Positions 38,724 through 52,113 are shown, counted from the first letter of the stretch. The stretch: DNA of 64,000 nt from Rhina ancylostomus (GCA_030265395.1 JARFYF010000072.1:3782179-3846178), one strand, 5' to 3'. The notes: a model not told the origin generated them from the sequence alone. Numbers and translations: made by a program.

Positions 38724-39842
38724 TTGGTCTTCGTCTTTAATTCCCCAACAGTGCATTTGACATGGGGGGTGGGGGGGAGGGAATCCAAACGTCACTGACA
38801 CACACACTCACAAACACAGTGTTAAAATGGGTAAAGACAGGGGGTCCGATCAGCGATAAAAATGGGGATGTTGCCGTGGAGCACAAGGCGTGACGCGGTA
38901 ACGGAGTGATTGCGGGGACATTCGCCTGGATGTTATCTGGAAAGGAAAGCCTCAGTTATACGGTGAAACGATCGACCGAGTTAATATTCCGGCCGAGGGA
39001 TATGCAAAATTATAGGGGAGATAGAAAGTAATTTTCCCCTCAGCAGATGTGTCTGAAACCAGAGTGTATCCGAGGAAGAACTTCACGAAGAGGGTGGTTG
39101 GAATTAGGTCGGAGCACAGCACTGTGATCCCCGTTACTCCCCTAGCAGGTGAGTACCCTGGAACCAGCAGCACCCCGCTGCTCCCCACCTGTCACTGCCT
39201 CGTCCGGCCGTGTTACTCTGAGAATTGATGCAGCCGTGGTCACCAACTTTAAATCCCGGTAAAGTGATATTTGTATTTGAGGTGCGTACCAGCAAACACG
39301 AAAAGTAAAGAAAATCCGCACCTGATATGTTTTCAAAGTCAGCAGCTCAGTTTGACAGAGAGACAAAGTGAGCTGCTGGTCCTTCTGCACTGAAGGAATC
39401 ACATCAGCAGGACTGAAAAGCTAACGAGTCCCCGGGATTGGATATTGTTTCTGAAGAGCGCCTCTCAGTTTTCCATCTTGCATCCCATCCTCCGTGAGGT
39501 TGCCCATTCCTTCGCCTGTCGATATCCCCCTGAAGCCTCTCCGCATCCTCTTCACAATCCGCACTGACACCCGGTTTNNNNNNNNNNNNNNNNNNNNNNN
39601 NNNNNNNNNNNNNNNNNNNNNNNNNNNNNNNNNNNNNNNNNNNNNNNNNNNNNNNNNNNNNNNNNNNNNNNNNNNNNGACAATGCGTTATGAAACTGCAG
39701 TGAAAGGGAAGTGGAACACCCCGACTCCAGACTTGAGAGGTTCCAGGGTTCCTCAGATTGTGAAAAGCCGGGTCCCAGCATCAGTCCCCAGTCAACGCCT
39801 CCCAAGCCGGTAACGAACCATTTTTCCCGCTTCCTTCAGGGT

Positions 39843-39926
39843 GTCTCTGTGACGTATTGGTCTGCGCATTCGGCTGTTCGATTGGCGGTTGACCAAGGAT
39901 TGGTGGTTCGAGCCCACGCAGGGACG
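39843..39926 (+). pseudogene. tRNA-Asn pseudogene with 12-nt insertion after the anticodon
   Basis: GTCTCTGTGACG...TTCGGCTGTT[CGATTGGCGGTT]GACC...GGTTCGAGCCCACGCAGGGACG. Confidence 0.8.
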
Positions 39927-40096
39927 CTGCTGATCCGGCAGCTTTTGCTGTGAGTGTCATTGTCAGCTGGGTAACACTGCGCTGTCCGGAGGCGGGCGCT
40001 CCCTGCTGCTGCCTCACTGGGCTCGGTGGGAGCCCTCCCTCCGGGGTCTCACGTCTGGAGTCCGGGTGTTCCACTTCCCTTTCACTGCAGTTTCAT

Positions 40097-40168
40097 AATG
40101 GATTGTCCTTGGAACTGATCGCATGCTTCGCATGTATGAGGTGCTGGGTTCAAATCCCGACATCTCCA
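40097..40168 (+). pseudogene. tRNA-Ala(CGC) pseudogene (internally deleted paralog at ~38115-38147)
   Basis: CGCATGCTTCGCATGTATGAGGTGCTGGGTTCAAATCCCGACATCTCCA matches the 3' two-thirds of tRNA-Ala(CGC); 5' end degenerate. Confidence 0.8.
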
Positions 40169-40666
40169 CGCTAGTGACAGTGAAGTTGAGCAGTGATGAG
40201 GATTTTCTCGAGCCGCCGTGAAATCCCGAGCTGCTGAGAGCTGATATTGCACACACACTTCATACCTCAGTCTCACGCCGGCTGCACACAGCACTGCCAC
40301 CAGTCGGTTTCATCGACAGTCGACTGCAGGGAAGACCGTCACTTGTGGTAACGTCTCCGTTGCCACAAATATCAGCATTGCAGAAGTAAGCAATGGAACA
40401 CTCATTGCTGATATGTCGGAAGCGAGGTATCCGACTGGGGCGGAGCAAAGAGCCCATGGAGATAATAACCGGTTGGGACAGAATGTAAGAAACATTTAGG
40501 GGAGAAAAGGAAATGTGTTAGAGAGAAAGAAGGGATTAAGTCAGGAAATAAAGAGGTCAAGTCAGGCAAGGGAAAGGATCTGACGTAGGGTAAGAGAATA
40601 ACAAATGAAAAGGACGAAGGGAATGAGAAACATCCACTGCAGAGCATCATAACACTATGTTTATCC

Positions 40667-40728
40667 AGCAGCGGGAGCATGCTGGGCCCATAACCCAGAG
40701 GTCGATGGATCGAAGCCATCCTCTGCTA
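40667..40728 (+). pseudogene. tRNA-iMet(CAT) pseudogene with 13-nt 5' deletion
   Basis: GCTGGGCCCATAACCCAGAGGTCGATGGATCGAAGCCATCCTCTGCTA retained; AGAGTGGCGCAGC lost between GCAGC direct repeats. Confidence 0.85.
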
Positions 40729-41497
40729 TTGGTCTTCGTCTTGAATTCCCCAACCGCGCATTTTACATCGGGTGGGGGATGGTGGGAGGGAATATAAACA
40801 TCACTGACACTCACACTCACACACACAGTGTTAAGATGGGTAAAGATAGAGGGGCTGATCAGGGATAAAAATGGGTATGTTGCCGTGGAGCACAGGGCGT
40901 GACACGGTAACGGAGTGATTCCGGGGACATTCGCCAGGATGTTTTCTGGAAAGGAACGCCTCANNNNNNNNNNNNNNNNNNNNNNNNNNNNNNNNNNNNN
41001 NNNNNNNNNNNNNNNNNNNNNNNNNNNNNNNNNNNNNNNNNNNNNNNNNNNNNNNNNNNNNNNTCGTATGTTCTTGTGGACCAAGTGGCGTCTCCAGGGA
41101 CCCCAGAATAATTCCAGTGATACGTGGTTTTTCCTGTTTCCAAACCCATTGCAATAAAAGCCAACGTAACGTTAGTCTGTCTCCTGCATCACTGACGCTA
41201 CTTTGAAATGTTCATTTTTTTTTTGTTTCCAAGGTCACCCGGATTCCTCAGAGTACCAGTACCTCACGATTCACTTACCGTTGAAACAATATACATACTC
41301 CTGGAGTGCATCTAAAATATATTACTCACCACATATTGGCTGCCAGATATGTATAATCAACACAGTTGTGTATATTTTACACTACCGCTCCTCTCCCGCT
41401 GATCGAAGTTATTGTGAAAAGCCGGGTCCCAGTACCGATCCCTGCTGATTGGCCCCCAACTCCACTATGGCTCATTTATCCCCGATTCATTCAGGTT

Positions 41498-41570
41498 GTC
41501 CCTGTGGTGCAGTCGGTCATCGGATTCGGCTGATGAGCGAAAGGCTGGTGTTTCAGCCGACTCAGGGACA
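41498..41570 (+). pseudogene. Degenerate tRNA-Asn pseudogene 3' of GPCR copy 7
   Basis: GTCCCTGTGGTGCAGTCGGTCATCGGATTCGGCTGATGAGCGAAAGGCTGG...CTCAGGGACA with conserved flanks (tgtgaaaagccgggtcccag; ctgacgatccggca). Confidence 0.7.
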
Positions 41571-43810
41571 CTGACGATCCGGCAAAAATCCATAATCCTG
41601 GTTTTACGCTTGGCAAGAAGTTCAATGGTGGTTGTGTGCTGTGGAATATCACTGCGTCCTTCTCTCACTCGTACAAGGTCTCATCCAAACACTGGATACA
41701 TTGAGAAATACAGAAGTAGATTTATGGACATACGAGTCATCAAAGGTTGGGCAGAGCTGGTGAACAGAATCAGGAACTCCGATGACCAGCCATGACAGTG
41801 TTACATGTCGGAGGAGGCTTCAATGCCCGACACCAGCTCCGAGTTCCTATCTTTTACTGGGTTTGCCTTCTGCTCGGCGGGAGAGACACATGAGGTAACT
41901 TGTTATAATTCTCTTGCATTTTCTCTGGAATCAAGCCCCGTTGGAGAGCCATGCATTGTATATCTGAGGTCCCGGAATTTCCACCTTGCTGAACGTTTGT
42001 TTTAAACAGTGGTTTTGGAGAATTCGGACCTGAGTTGTGACTAAATCGGGTTGCAAAACCCAAACCCGATGTTCCTCCGAGATTAGAGAGCTGAACGATG
42101 ACAGCTGACAGAGGTAAATAACCTCCAATACTTCCCTCTTTATCTCACAACCATACCCTATATATTTCTGTTATCCATTGCTTTATGCATGTTCAGGACC
42201 TGAGCATCACTGGCAATGACAACGGTTGAGGATAAATGCCCGTCTGCGTGATAAAGTACTCCTGCATGTAACTTTCTCTTTCTGCCGGAGTGAAGTGCCA
42301 CCACCGGGGTGCGTGCAGTGGATGCAACTGCCGGCCAGTTATTAAACCGTCCCATGTGGGAGAGTTAAAATCAACGTCTTCTTGCCAAATTGCTGGCTTA
42401 TTACCTTTGGTCTGATCCAATCCGTTGGTTTGTAAAAATAGCTTAACACAGAATGAGCAACAGTTTATATTGTTCCAGTAAATGCAGTCCTTTCATCCCT
42501 TCGGTGGGTCTTGGCAACGGCAGATGGAAGAACCTTCAATAAATCCCCACGCCTATCGGCAACGAACACTGTGTGCGGTAAAACCTACTCAACAAATGCA
42601 AGGAACGAACACTACTCGGACAGAACGCGATGCTCTCTCTTTACTGCCGTTTTTTTTTATTAAGGCCTCGGGATAACAATTATTGTTGGTGCCACTCTGT
42701 TATGGTCGTTACAACCATTCAGATTTCAAGTCCAAATTACTCTCGATCAATTGCAACATTTTGTTTTTATACACAGATCAAACAGCTTGCATTGTCATTA
42801 CAATACTTCCTGTCACGTGACATATCTTTTGCGCCAGGTTTAATTAACAGCCTAATTAGAATATTCTGTTCCTTTATTCAAAACAGATTACACATATCCT
42901 GCTTTCTTCCACAACATACTTTAGTCCCATTGTAAGCAACCTGCCTGTCTTCGCCAAAAGAATGCAGGAGGACGACACGCGGACTTCGTGGTTCAATTTA
43001 ATTCCGTTTGCAAACAATCGATTTTATTGGCAATTCATTCCACCGAAGAGGCTCACTTGGCCTTAGAATGTCTGTATTACCACCGAAGATAGGAGGGCGA
43101 TGTTCCGAGAAAGTTCAATACAATTCCAGCGTTTAATGACAATCAGCTGAAAACATGATCAGAGTCTCCCTTTCTGAAACAAAATTGCAGACGCGTGTCC
43201 CGCATTCGAGGACATCAAAGCCGTCAGAAGACACGCAGCGCAATGGGCGAGCCTCAGCTGATGATTTCACATAGCAGACATGCAAGCAGAATGAAGCCCT
43301 TGATACTTCACTGTTCCAGACCAGTGTACCTGGCACGGACATGTTGCTTTGAGCAAGATAGCAACCGTTAATTGGGCACCTATTATATCTTGCTGGACCT
43401 CACATACTGGAAAGCTGAAATAATAAAATTACAATAAGCAATTCTGCAAAAACAGACACTAAAAGGGATAGCTTTCGGATTAAATGTGGGTTTATTTTAC
43501 GATAAACCAGTTGTGTTTTGCTTCGCACTGAGAAAGCATTTGTCAGCCATTGACTTACGAAGTGTACATTCCCACTTCTGAGCTATCTTAACATTACCCA
43601 CAGTGGACTTAAATCTCATGATATATGGGTCAATGGTCCTTCAGTAAAGATAAAAATTAAATCGCTATTACCTGATTTGCGGAATCAGGTTCCCGACATA
43701 CTTCAACAATATACAGTTGTATCTGGAAACAGCAGTCTCCAAAACCGTAAATAAAATCGACTTCAAATAATTGCTTTGAAGTTCAAAGAATCGGAATTAT
43801 ACGTTTTCAA

Positions 43811-44670
43811 CAGATTTTCCCATTTCAGGTAAACATATCTATCACTGCATTCACCAGTTCCTCCCTAAATGTCCTTTGTGTCAGTCCACAGAGACACGTG
43901 CAGGTACTGAGAAACTGTAACATATACCCAAACTGTCGAGGATATATCTCGGTGTGCTCTATTATCTGACCAAGTAGGAATGGTTCTCAGATTGCCAGTT
44001 CATGGTGTGTATAAAATAGGGTATCCACAGTAAAATGAAATTGGCTGATCGAACGAACAACAAAATCATTGACTTTCTCCGGCTGTCCACCTCTGGATCC
44101 TTCTGATTCTCGCTGCTGTTCTGGAGTCCCCGTCGAACTCGATTTGCAGCTATAATATGTCTGACAGTTAAAGTATTAAACAGCAGGATGAAACAGATTG
44201 GTACTCCCGGAGTCACGAAAACATCACATAACTGCTCAACTCTCCAAACGGGTGACGTTATGTGTTCAGCTGAGGAGCCGCAGCGCCAGGGATCCACTGT
44301 AAAGTAAACTGGAATAGCCCGAGTACAACACCCCGCACACACTGCAACTATCACTACATCGCTATCATCTCGGTGCAATACCGTTTCCGCAACTTCTGAC
44401 AGCAGATGGCGACGTAGCGGTCGAAAGTGAAATCAACCGTCAACCAAACGGAACTGTCCGAGATTGCAACCCGAAGGACAATCATCACTTCACACACAGG
44501 AGTTATGAACAAGAATTTAGCAAACAGATGGGTATAATTAATCTGCCCCAATATAACTGCGACAACAATGTCCATCAGATCTGCTTCCGCCATGGCCAGT
44601 AGGTTGTGAGTGATGCATTTGGAGAGACCACATTTTCTGCGGGACAGGATCACAATCGCCGTTAAATTAA
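43811..44670 (-). pseudogene. GPCR copy 7 exon 2, pseudogene (exon 1 beyond gap or absent)
   Basis: Acceptor cgcag at 44671; ILSRRKCGLSK...FTFDRYVAIC; frameshift near 44370, stops in ECL3 and C-terminus; close paralog of copy 8. Confidence 0.88.
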
Positions 44671-45201
44671 CTGCGTGAAATGATGAAACACGATGTTACG
44701 TTTCAACGGACCTACATCTGTCACTGTGGGTTGATTTACGCAGTAAAATGATATTCTACTTCGTGCCACTGCCTGGAGCCGCCACTACTGAAGCAGCCCG
44801 CCTACCGTGAACGCGATGGGGTGCGGATTGCTGATCAGGCTGACACTAACCAAGCGGCGTACAACTGAGATCTCGCCAGTTTAACGCTCGGAAGTAAATC
44901 TACAGGATGGAAAGCTGGAGGCTGAGCTGTGTTTTAAATATCTCTGATTCTGTCAAGCAGTTGAAAGACGGCCAGATACTCTTCTACCTGGACCCAAAAG
45001 GGAGGGAATCCAGTGCAGTCCCGATTGCTTTAATGGGGTTGAAATAAATTGAAAACTATTCCCACACATCAAGGTCCACAGAATGATTAATCACTTGGTT
45101 TNNNNNNNNNNNNNNNNNNNNNNNNNNNNNNNNNNNNNNNNNNNNNNNNNNNNNNNNNNNNNNNNNNNNNNNNNNNNNNNNNNNNNNNNNNNNNNNNNNN
45201 N

Positions 45202-45600
45202 TCTGACGATGGAGTCCCCTATTACTACCGCATATCTCTTTCCCACCCTTCCCTTCTGAGCAGCAGTACCAGTCCCAGTGCCAGAGACCTGGTTACTGCA
45301 GCTAGGACCCTGCACGTCATATCCCTCAACAGTCTCCAAGGTGGAAAACCTGTTTCTGAAGGGAACAGCCTCCGGTGTTCCCTACTCTGCCTGCCTGTCT
45401 GACTTCTTCTTCCTCTTCCCTCCCCTGACAGTCATCATTCTATCTGCCAGATGAACCCCAGAAGTACCTGTTCTAAGAGGCGTGACTGTCTTCTGATGTA
45501 CCGTGTCTTCATAACTCTCTCCTTCCCTGATGCTGCGCAGTGTATGTAGCTGCGACTCCAGCTCATCAACTCTGAGCCGAAGTTCCTCCAGCCTGAATTA
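45202..45600 (-). mobile_element. CR1 ORF1 fragment (esterase-like)
   Basis: AVVIGDSIVR (GDS block of CR1 ORF1) preceded by a coiled-coil-like segment. Confidence 0.75.
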
Positions 45601-46609
45601 CTCTCCATCATCTGCAAAATCTTATTTTTAAACACAGATGAAATAATTTGCATTTTCATTGCACATGACATTCCTTTTGTGCCAGGTTTCATAAATGGCT
45701 TAAATAGAATATATTTTTTCTTTATTTAAAACAGATTACACAAATCCTGCTCTCTTCCGCAACATACTGCAGTCCCATTGTAAGCAGCCGCCTGTCTTCG
45801 CCAAAAGAATGCAAGAAAATGACACGCGGACTTCATCGTTTAATTTAATGCCGTTTGCAAACAATCAGTTTTACTGACATTTGACTACGCCGAAGACGTT
45901 CACTCGGCCTTGGATTGTCTGTATTACTGCAAGCAACTGAAGATAGGAGTTCGATGTTTGAGAAATTTCAATACAATTCGAGTGTTCACTAACGATCAGC
46001 GGAAAACCTGATCAGAGTCGTCCTTTCCGAAACAAAATTGCAGACGCGTGTCCCACATTTGAGGACATCAACGCAGTCAGAAGACACTCAGCACAATGGA
46101 GGAGCCTCAGCTGATGGCTTCACACACCTGACATGCAGGCAGACTGAAGCCAGTGTACCTGGCACGGACATGTTGCTTTGAGTACGATAGGAACAGTTAA
46201 TTAGGCACCTGTTATATCTCGGCAGACCTCAGACACTGGAATGCTGAAATAATAAAAAAACAAACAATTCTGTGAAAACAGACACTAAAAAAGGGAGTTA
46301 TTTGGATTCAATGGGGTTTTATTTTATGGTAAACTAGTTATGTCTTGCTTCGCACTGAGAAAGCATTTGTCAACCATTTACTTACTAAGTGTGCATTCCC
46401 ACTTCAGAACTATTTTTAAATTACCCACAGCGGACGTCAATCCCATGATATATGGGTCAATGGTCCTACTGTGAAGATAATAATTAAATCGATGTTGCAT
46501 GATCTGCCGAATCAGGTTGGCGACGTATCAAACCAATATGCAGTGGTACCTGGAAACAGCAGTCTCTGAAGCCGGAAAATAAACCGACTTCAAATAATTG
46601 TTTTGAAGT

Positions 46610-49135
46610 TCACCGAATCAGGATTGTATGTTTCCAACCGATTTTCCCATTTAAGGTAAAAATATATTTCACTGCATTGATCAGTTCCTCCCGAAATTTC
46701 CTTTGTGTGAGTCCATAGAGACACGTGTTGGTGCAGGTACAGAGAAACTCTAACATATACCCAAACTGTTGCAGGATATATCTCGGTGTGCTGTAATATC
46801 TGTCTGAGTAGGAATAGTTCTCGGATGGCCAGTTCATAGTGTGTATAAAATAGGGTATCCACAGTAAAATGAAATTGGCTGACAGAACGAACAACAAAAT
46901 CATTGACTTTCTCCGGCTGTCCACCTCTGGATCCTTCTGATTCTCGCTGCTGTTCCGGAGTCCCTGGCGAACTCGATTTGCAGCTATAATATGTCTGACA
47001 GTTAAGGTATTAAACAGCAGGATTAAACACATTGGTACTCCCGGACTCACGATAACATCACATAACTGGTAGGCTCTCCAAAAGGGTGACGTAAAGTATT
47101 CAGCCGTGGAGACGCAGCGCCATGGATCCACCGCAAAGTAAAATGGAATAGCCCGGGCACAGCAACCTGTACACACAGTTCCTATCACCACAGTCGCTGT
47201 TCTCTCGGTGCAATATCGTTTCCGCAACTTCTGACAGCAGATGGCGATGTAGCGATCGAAAGTGAAAACAACCGTGAACCAAACGGAACAGTCCGAAATT
47301 GCAACCCGAAGGACAATCATCACCGCGCACACCGGAGTTATGAACAAGAATTTAGCAAACAGATAGATATAATTAATCTGCTCCAGTATAACAGCAATGA
47401 CAACGCAAATCAGATCTGCTGCCGCCATGGCCACCAGGTAGCGAGTGATGCATTTGGAAAGACCACATTTTCCGCGGGACAGGATCACAATCGCCGTTAA
47501 GTTGACTGCATGAAATGATAAAACATGATGTTATGTTTCAACTGATCCATATTTGTCAATATGGGTTGATTTGAGCGGGAAAAAGAACGATATTCCGCAT
47601 CGGGCCACAGCCCAGAGCCGTCACAACTGAACCAGCGCGCCTGCCGTGACCGCGATGGGGAGCGGATGGCCGATCAGGCTCACACTGACCAAACGACGTA
47701 CAACTGAGATCTCGCCGGTTTGACGCTCTGAAGTAAATCAACAGGATGGAAAGCTGGAGGCTGAGCTGTGTTTTAATGTATCTTTGATTCTGTCATGTAG
47801 TTGAAAGATGGCCCGATACACTTGCACCTGGACCCAAAAGGGAGAGAATCGAGCGCAGTACCGATTGTTTAAATGGATTTTAAAGAAATTAAAAACCATG
47901 CCCAACCATCAAGGTTTACAAAATGATTAATCTCTTGGTTTGATGGAAAGTGTTGAAAATAATAAAAGAAGAATCGAATAAAATAACTTATACTCCCCCA
48001 TCCCGACAGCGGAAAGAGCTGAATGTCACTCTGAAAGGTGGTGAAGAAACGGTTGCAGAACGGCGAGGAGGACAACATTGCTCTTGAATGGAAAGCACAG
48101 ATAACTAACAGACAAAACTGTTCTTCAAATTTAAAAAAGTAAATCAATAAAGACACAAGTAAACAGGTCATATTTGTTCATGGGACAACAAATGGCATTT
48201 GCCAAGGTAACCGACATGAAAAATTATTTTAAGGAACTTCGCAATGACGGTGACATTGGAAGGTAATTGACAGGAATTCGAAAGGCTGGTGAAATGCCAC
48301 TACCAATGATAGTTTACCCCGACGGACAAAGTAACTCAGGTGCATTGTCTCAGACAACAGGGTTTGGTCAATGTTTTTTGACCTTACAGTTGACCGACAC
48401 CGACTTGCGGAAAGACGGTAACATCATTGTTCCCTCTGTTTGGGATGACAGAAGAGGAAGAACTCCATTGACACTGAGAGACAGGAAAAGCTGGAGACAG
48501 TTTTGGGCTGAGTGGCGCGCTGCATGGAATCGTGTCCGTGCTTTTTATTCACTCCTTCTGTCAACCTTCACCCTATGGTGAGCACAATTGTGCTGAGACT
48601 GCCCGAGGCCAGAGCGGACGCAGCAGTGACCATACGTCGACTGACAAACCATAGACGTCTCAGTGCCAGAGAGTCCGCACTACGTTTGTAAGGAGGTAAC
48701 ATGGGTGCGAAATCTTGTGGACTGTGAGCTTGGTAATCACACTTAACATCTCTGGTAGTCGGCGGTGTTCAAAAGAAAATTAAATTTCTATCACCTGATT
48801 AGGTTGATCATATATAAATATATTTAAATATATTGAAAACTTTTCTCAAATTGACATGCGGAATTACACCATTAAAGCAACACAAAATACATTTTTGAAG
48901 GAAATAATCAGATCGTATTCTTTTCAATTCCTACTTCTGAAATAATGCAATTTGAAATAATGTAATAATACAATGTACTCAACAACTGGAAATTGACGGC
49001 TCATCCATGATGCCGCAAGCGGAATGATGGAGCCACAAAAATAGCAGACGGATTCGATACCTTACCAGGAAAACCGATCGCGGCAAGTACAGGATAGTAG
49101 ATTCTGACAATGTTGTAAAGAGCTGGATATCCCAT
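46610..49135 (-). CDS. GPR139/142-like GPCR copy 8, complete and intact, 321 aa (exon 1 49135-49066, exon 2 47505-46610)
   Basis: MGYPALYNIVRIYYPVLAAIGFP+G|GTAAGG ... tgcag|TCAACTTA; 966 nt in frame; 7 TM segments with AMAAADL, FTFDRY, LLWIP, TNTCLY; TATAAA 74 nt upstream. Confidence 0.92.
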
Positions 49136-49769
49136 ATTCTCCGCGAAGCAGCGATCAGTTGCACGAAGAGCTTCAAGGGCACAAATGCTCTATTTCAAGA
49201 GCCTTTATACACCAGAAGCAATGTCCTTACAGCCAATTAGTGTTCTCTCAGTCAGATTATTTACAAGGCACTGAACAATTACGTCGTGTGGACTGTTTTC
49301 ATGGAGTTATTGTGAAATATATTTAACTCTGCGAAAGGTATTGCAAACAATTTAACTGAATATTTTCAAATAGATTCAGTGGAAGACTCTGCACGTTCTG
49401 CTGTCATGGTTCTGAGTTCTGGCCCTCAATTTGGCTCCACTAATGCCTTATTGTCCAGCACATGGATTCCATGCTGGACTGATTAGATAACAATACACGC
49501 CTGAACCCCATCAGGGGCCTAGCATAAGAACCTGTGTTTCTCTGGCACGAGTTGCCAGAGTATTGGTCTACCTTGAGGTATACTTTGGTTCTAGTTGCTT
49601 AGAGTGGTTTACTCTAGAGCAGTCCTGTGTTCTCTATTCCTTTGTGAGGATCCAGTTTGTGTTGGGATTNNNNNNNNNNNNNNNNNNNNNNNNNNNNNNN
49701 NNNNNNNNNNNNNNNNNNNNNNNNNNNNNNNNNNNNNNNNNNNNNNNNNNNNNNNNNNNNNNNNNNNNN

Positions 49770-49784
49770 ACACACACACACACA

Positions 49785-49846
<62 letters not shown>
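49770..49846. repeat. (CA)n microsatellite
   Basis: Direct dinucleotide run after a gap. Confidence 0.95.
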
Positions 49847-49848
<2 letters not shown>

Positions 49849-50519
49849 GCAAGCATCAATTGATGACAAATTTTGGTCGTGCAGCACGCCGAGTTTATAT
49901 TTTCCGTGAAACTACTTCATTCATTCTCGAATGGGACTGTCCCTTACTGTCGATTTCCTGTCACCAACTCGCTGATGCTCCACATCTCGGCCCATTTATC
50001 CAAGCTTTCCCTTCTCATTTAACAGTTCCTTGCTGAACCAAAATGCATTTTGTCTTTATATTAAGTTGGAATGTATTTCAATACGTTTGATCTTCTTCCT
50101 TTTGCATTTCTGTAAACTTGTCAGGCACTGTTTCCATTGGGTAATTAGCAATGATCAGTCCTGGACATATTGGAGATCTCAGCATTGACGTCATACTTTC
50201 GGTCGTCACCCCTTAAACAATAGGACAGGATAAATAAAACTGCGGATTAATGAAATGAAAAAAATGACTAAATAAAGTAAACAGTTGTCTTCTGTTTTGC
50301 AGTTTGAAAGATAACTTCCCCTGTATGTTCTTCTACTGTTGATTCCGAACGATATGTGCTGACTTCTGTTCCGCCGGTCATCTTTTCAGATGTGGATAAA
50401 CAACGCCCCACGCGCTCCCACCCACAACACCCGGTTCCTGCCTGAAAAACAGATGAATTTCAACGAGCATGTTTGACTCCGGTACATACTCAGAAACAGC
50501 CTTTGCCTCAATTATGTGT

Positions 50520-51720
50520 TTAAATCGGACACCTTCCTATTCACACCTTGCTTCCATTTCGACAAATTTATCTAGATTTCGCAGGTCTGTTCTTCCAAAT
50601 TTGAAATTTTGCTTTTTTTGAAACCCAATGTCCACCCAGTGTGCTCCTGTGCTGTGGTGACCAGGACTGTAGACAGTGCTCCAACTTGTTTTCATGCAAT
50701 TCCAGCAGAGCTCACTGTTCGGCATTCTGTGCCTTCACCAACAAGGGCAAATCTTCCATCCACCTTTGAAACCTACGAACCGATCTGTTCTACCTTCAGT
50801 GACCTGTACACATGCAGTCCCTCTGCACTTCTTCACATTATCCCATGTATTGTGTGTCCCCTTGGCCTTCTTTGGGCTCCGCAACTTCATCACCTCACAT
50901 CCTCACACTAAATTCTATTTGCCAACTGTCTGCTCACCTGTCCAGACCACTGACATCTTCCTTCCGTCTTCGGCTTCCCTCCTTACCGTCAGCCACACGG
51001 CCAATATTTGCAACATTTGCAAACTCCGTAATCAAGCCATCATGCTGGCATCAGAATTGTCCCTTCAAGTCAAAAGCAAGGGCACTGTCACTAGTATCAA
51101 GGAGTCCCACTACGAACAGCTTTCAGACACTGTTCAACAATGTCCTCATTCCCCGTCACGGAGCCAGTGCTGAATCCAACTTACGACTTTACCATGACCA
51201 CTATCATTTTTCAGTTTCTAATCAAACTGCACCGTGGTATGTGCCACACACATTGGGAACATCCACGGAACGTTAACAGAGGCACAGACTCACAATCCTC
51301 TTTGTGGCATTCTCAAAAGTAATATCATGGCATGTGCAGCTGAAATTGTGCAAAATCCTCTGAAGTGAATGCCATTGTGTAAAGGGTGTGGTAAACACGT
51401 TACTGTTGTGATATCACGTGGAAGGAAGTACTTTACACGGAGCAGAAAGTTGTTTGATCATGAGTATGAGATGAGATTTCCCCATTGATGTGGAGAACTT
51501 CTTTGCACGAATGGTCCGATAGAAAATCACATCAAAGTAGATGTGCCGATATTTGCTGAAGTCAGCACTTCTCAACAGCACACGAAGAGTGACGCCCTGT
51601 TTCATTCCTCCAGAGAAATGAAACAGTTTCTTGTTTCTTGGAAGGATTGAGCAGATTTTACCTTGAAATTGCAGTCGTGGTTGAGTGACGTCAAGGGCCA
51701 TTAAAGACGGTTGAATTTGC
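50520..51720 (-). mobile_element. Decayed LINE fragments (CR1, then an RT fragment with GMKQG)
   Basis: gtgaccaggactgtagacagtgctcc CR1 signature; GGMKQG motif in ORF 51414-51701. Confidence 0.5.
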
Positions 51721-52113
51721 TGTGGCCAAGAGCAGCATTAGGGATTTGAAAACCAGTTGATTGAACACGTTGCCTGGACCAGACAATATGTAGGTTATCC
51801 AGTCCACTAGGACAGAGAACCGATGTTGCCGCTCACCTACCCGACAATGTGTCGGTGATCCAGTGCACAGAGAAAGAGAGCTGATGCTGTCGCTCCCTAG
51901 CTCAACAGTATGTCGGTAACCCGGTGCAGTGGGACATAAAACTGCTCCTGTTGCTCCCCGACCCATCAACGGCGAGCTTTTAGTGTTCCCATATGCTCCA
52001 GATCCATAAAGTAGCAATGGTGCTTTTGCATTATACAGTCTGACTTCATTCAAAGCTCTTGTCGGACTCTGGGTGTATTTAGCCTCTCTGTTCAATATTC
52101 ACTATCACCAGCG

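Larger units (their letters stand above)
37780..40963 (+). repeat. Duplicated ~1.2-kb tRNA cassette Asn-Ala-iMet (37780-38955 vs 39755-40963)
   Basis: Continuous alignment of the tRNAs and all spacers between the two blocks. Confidence 0.9.
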
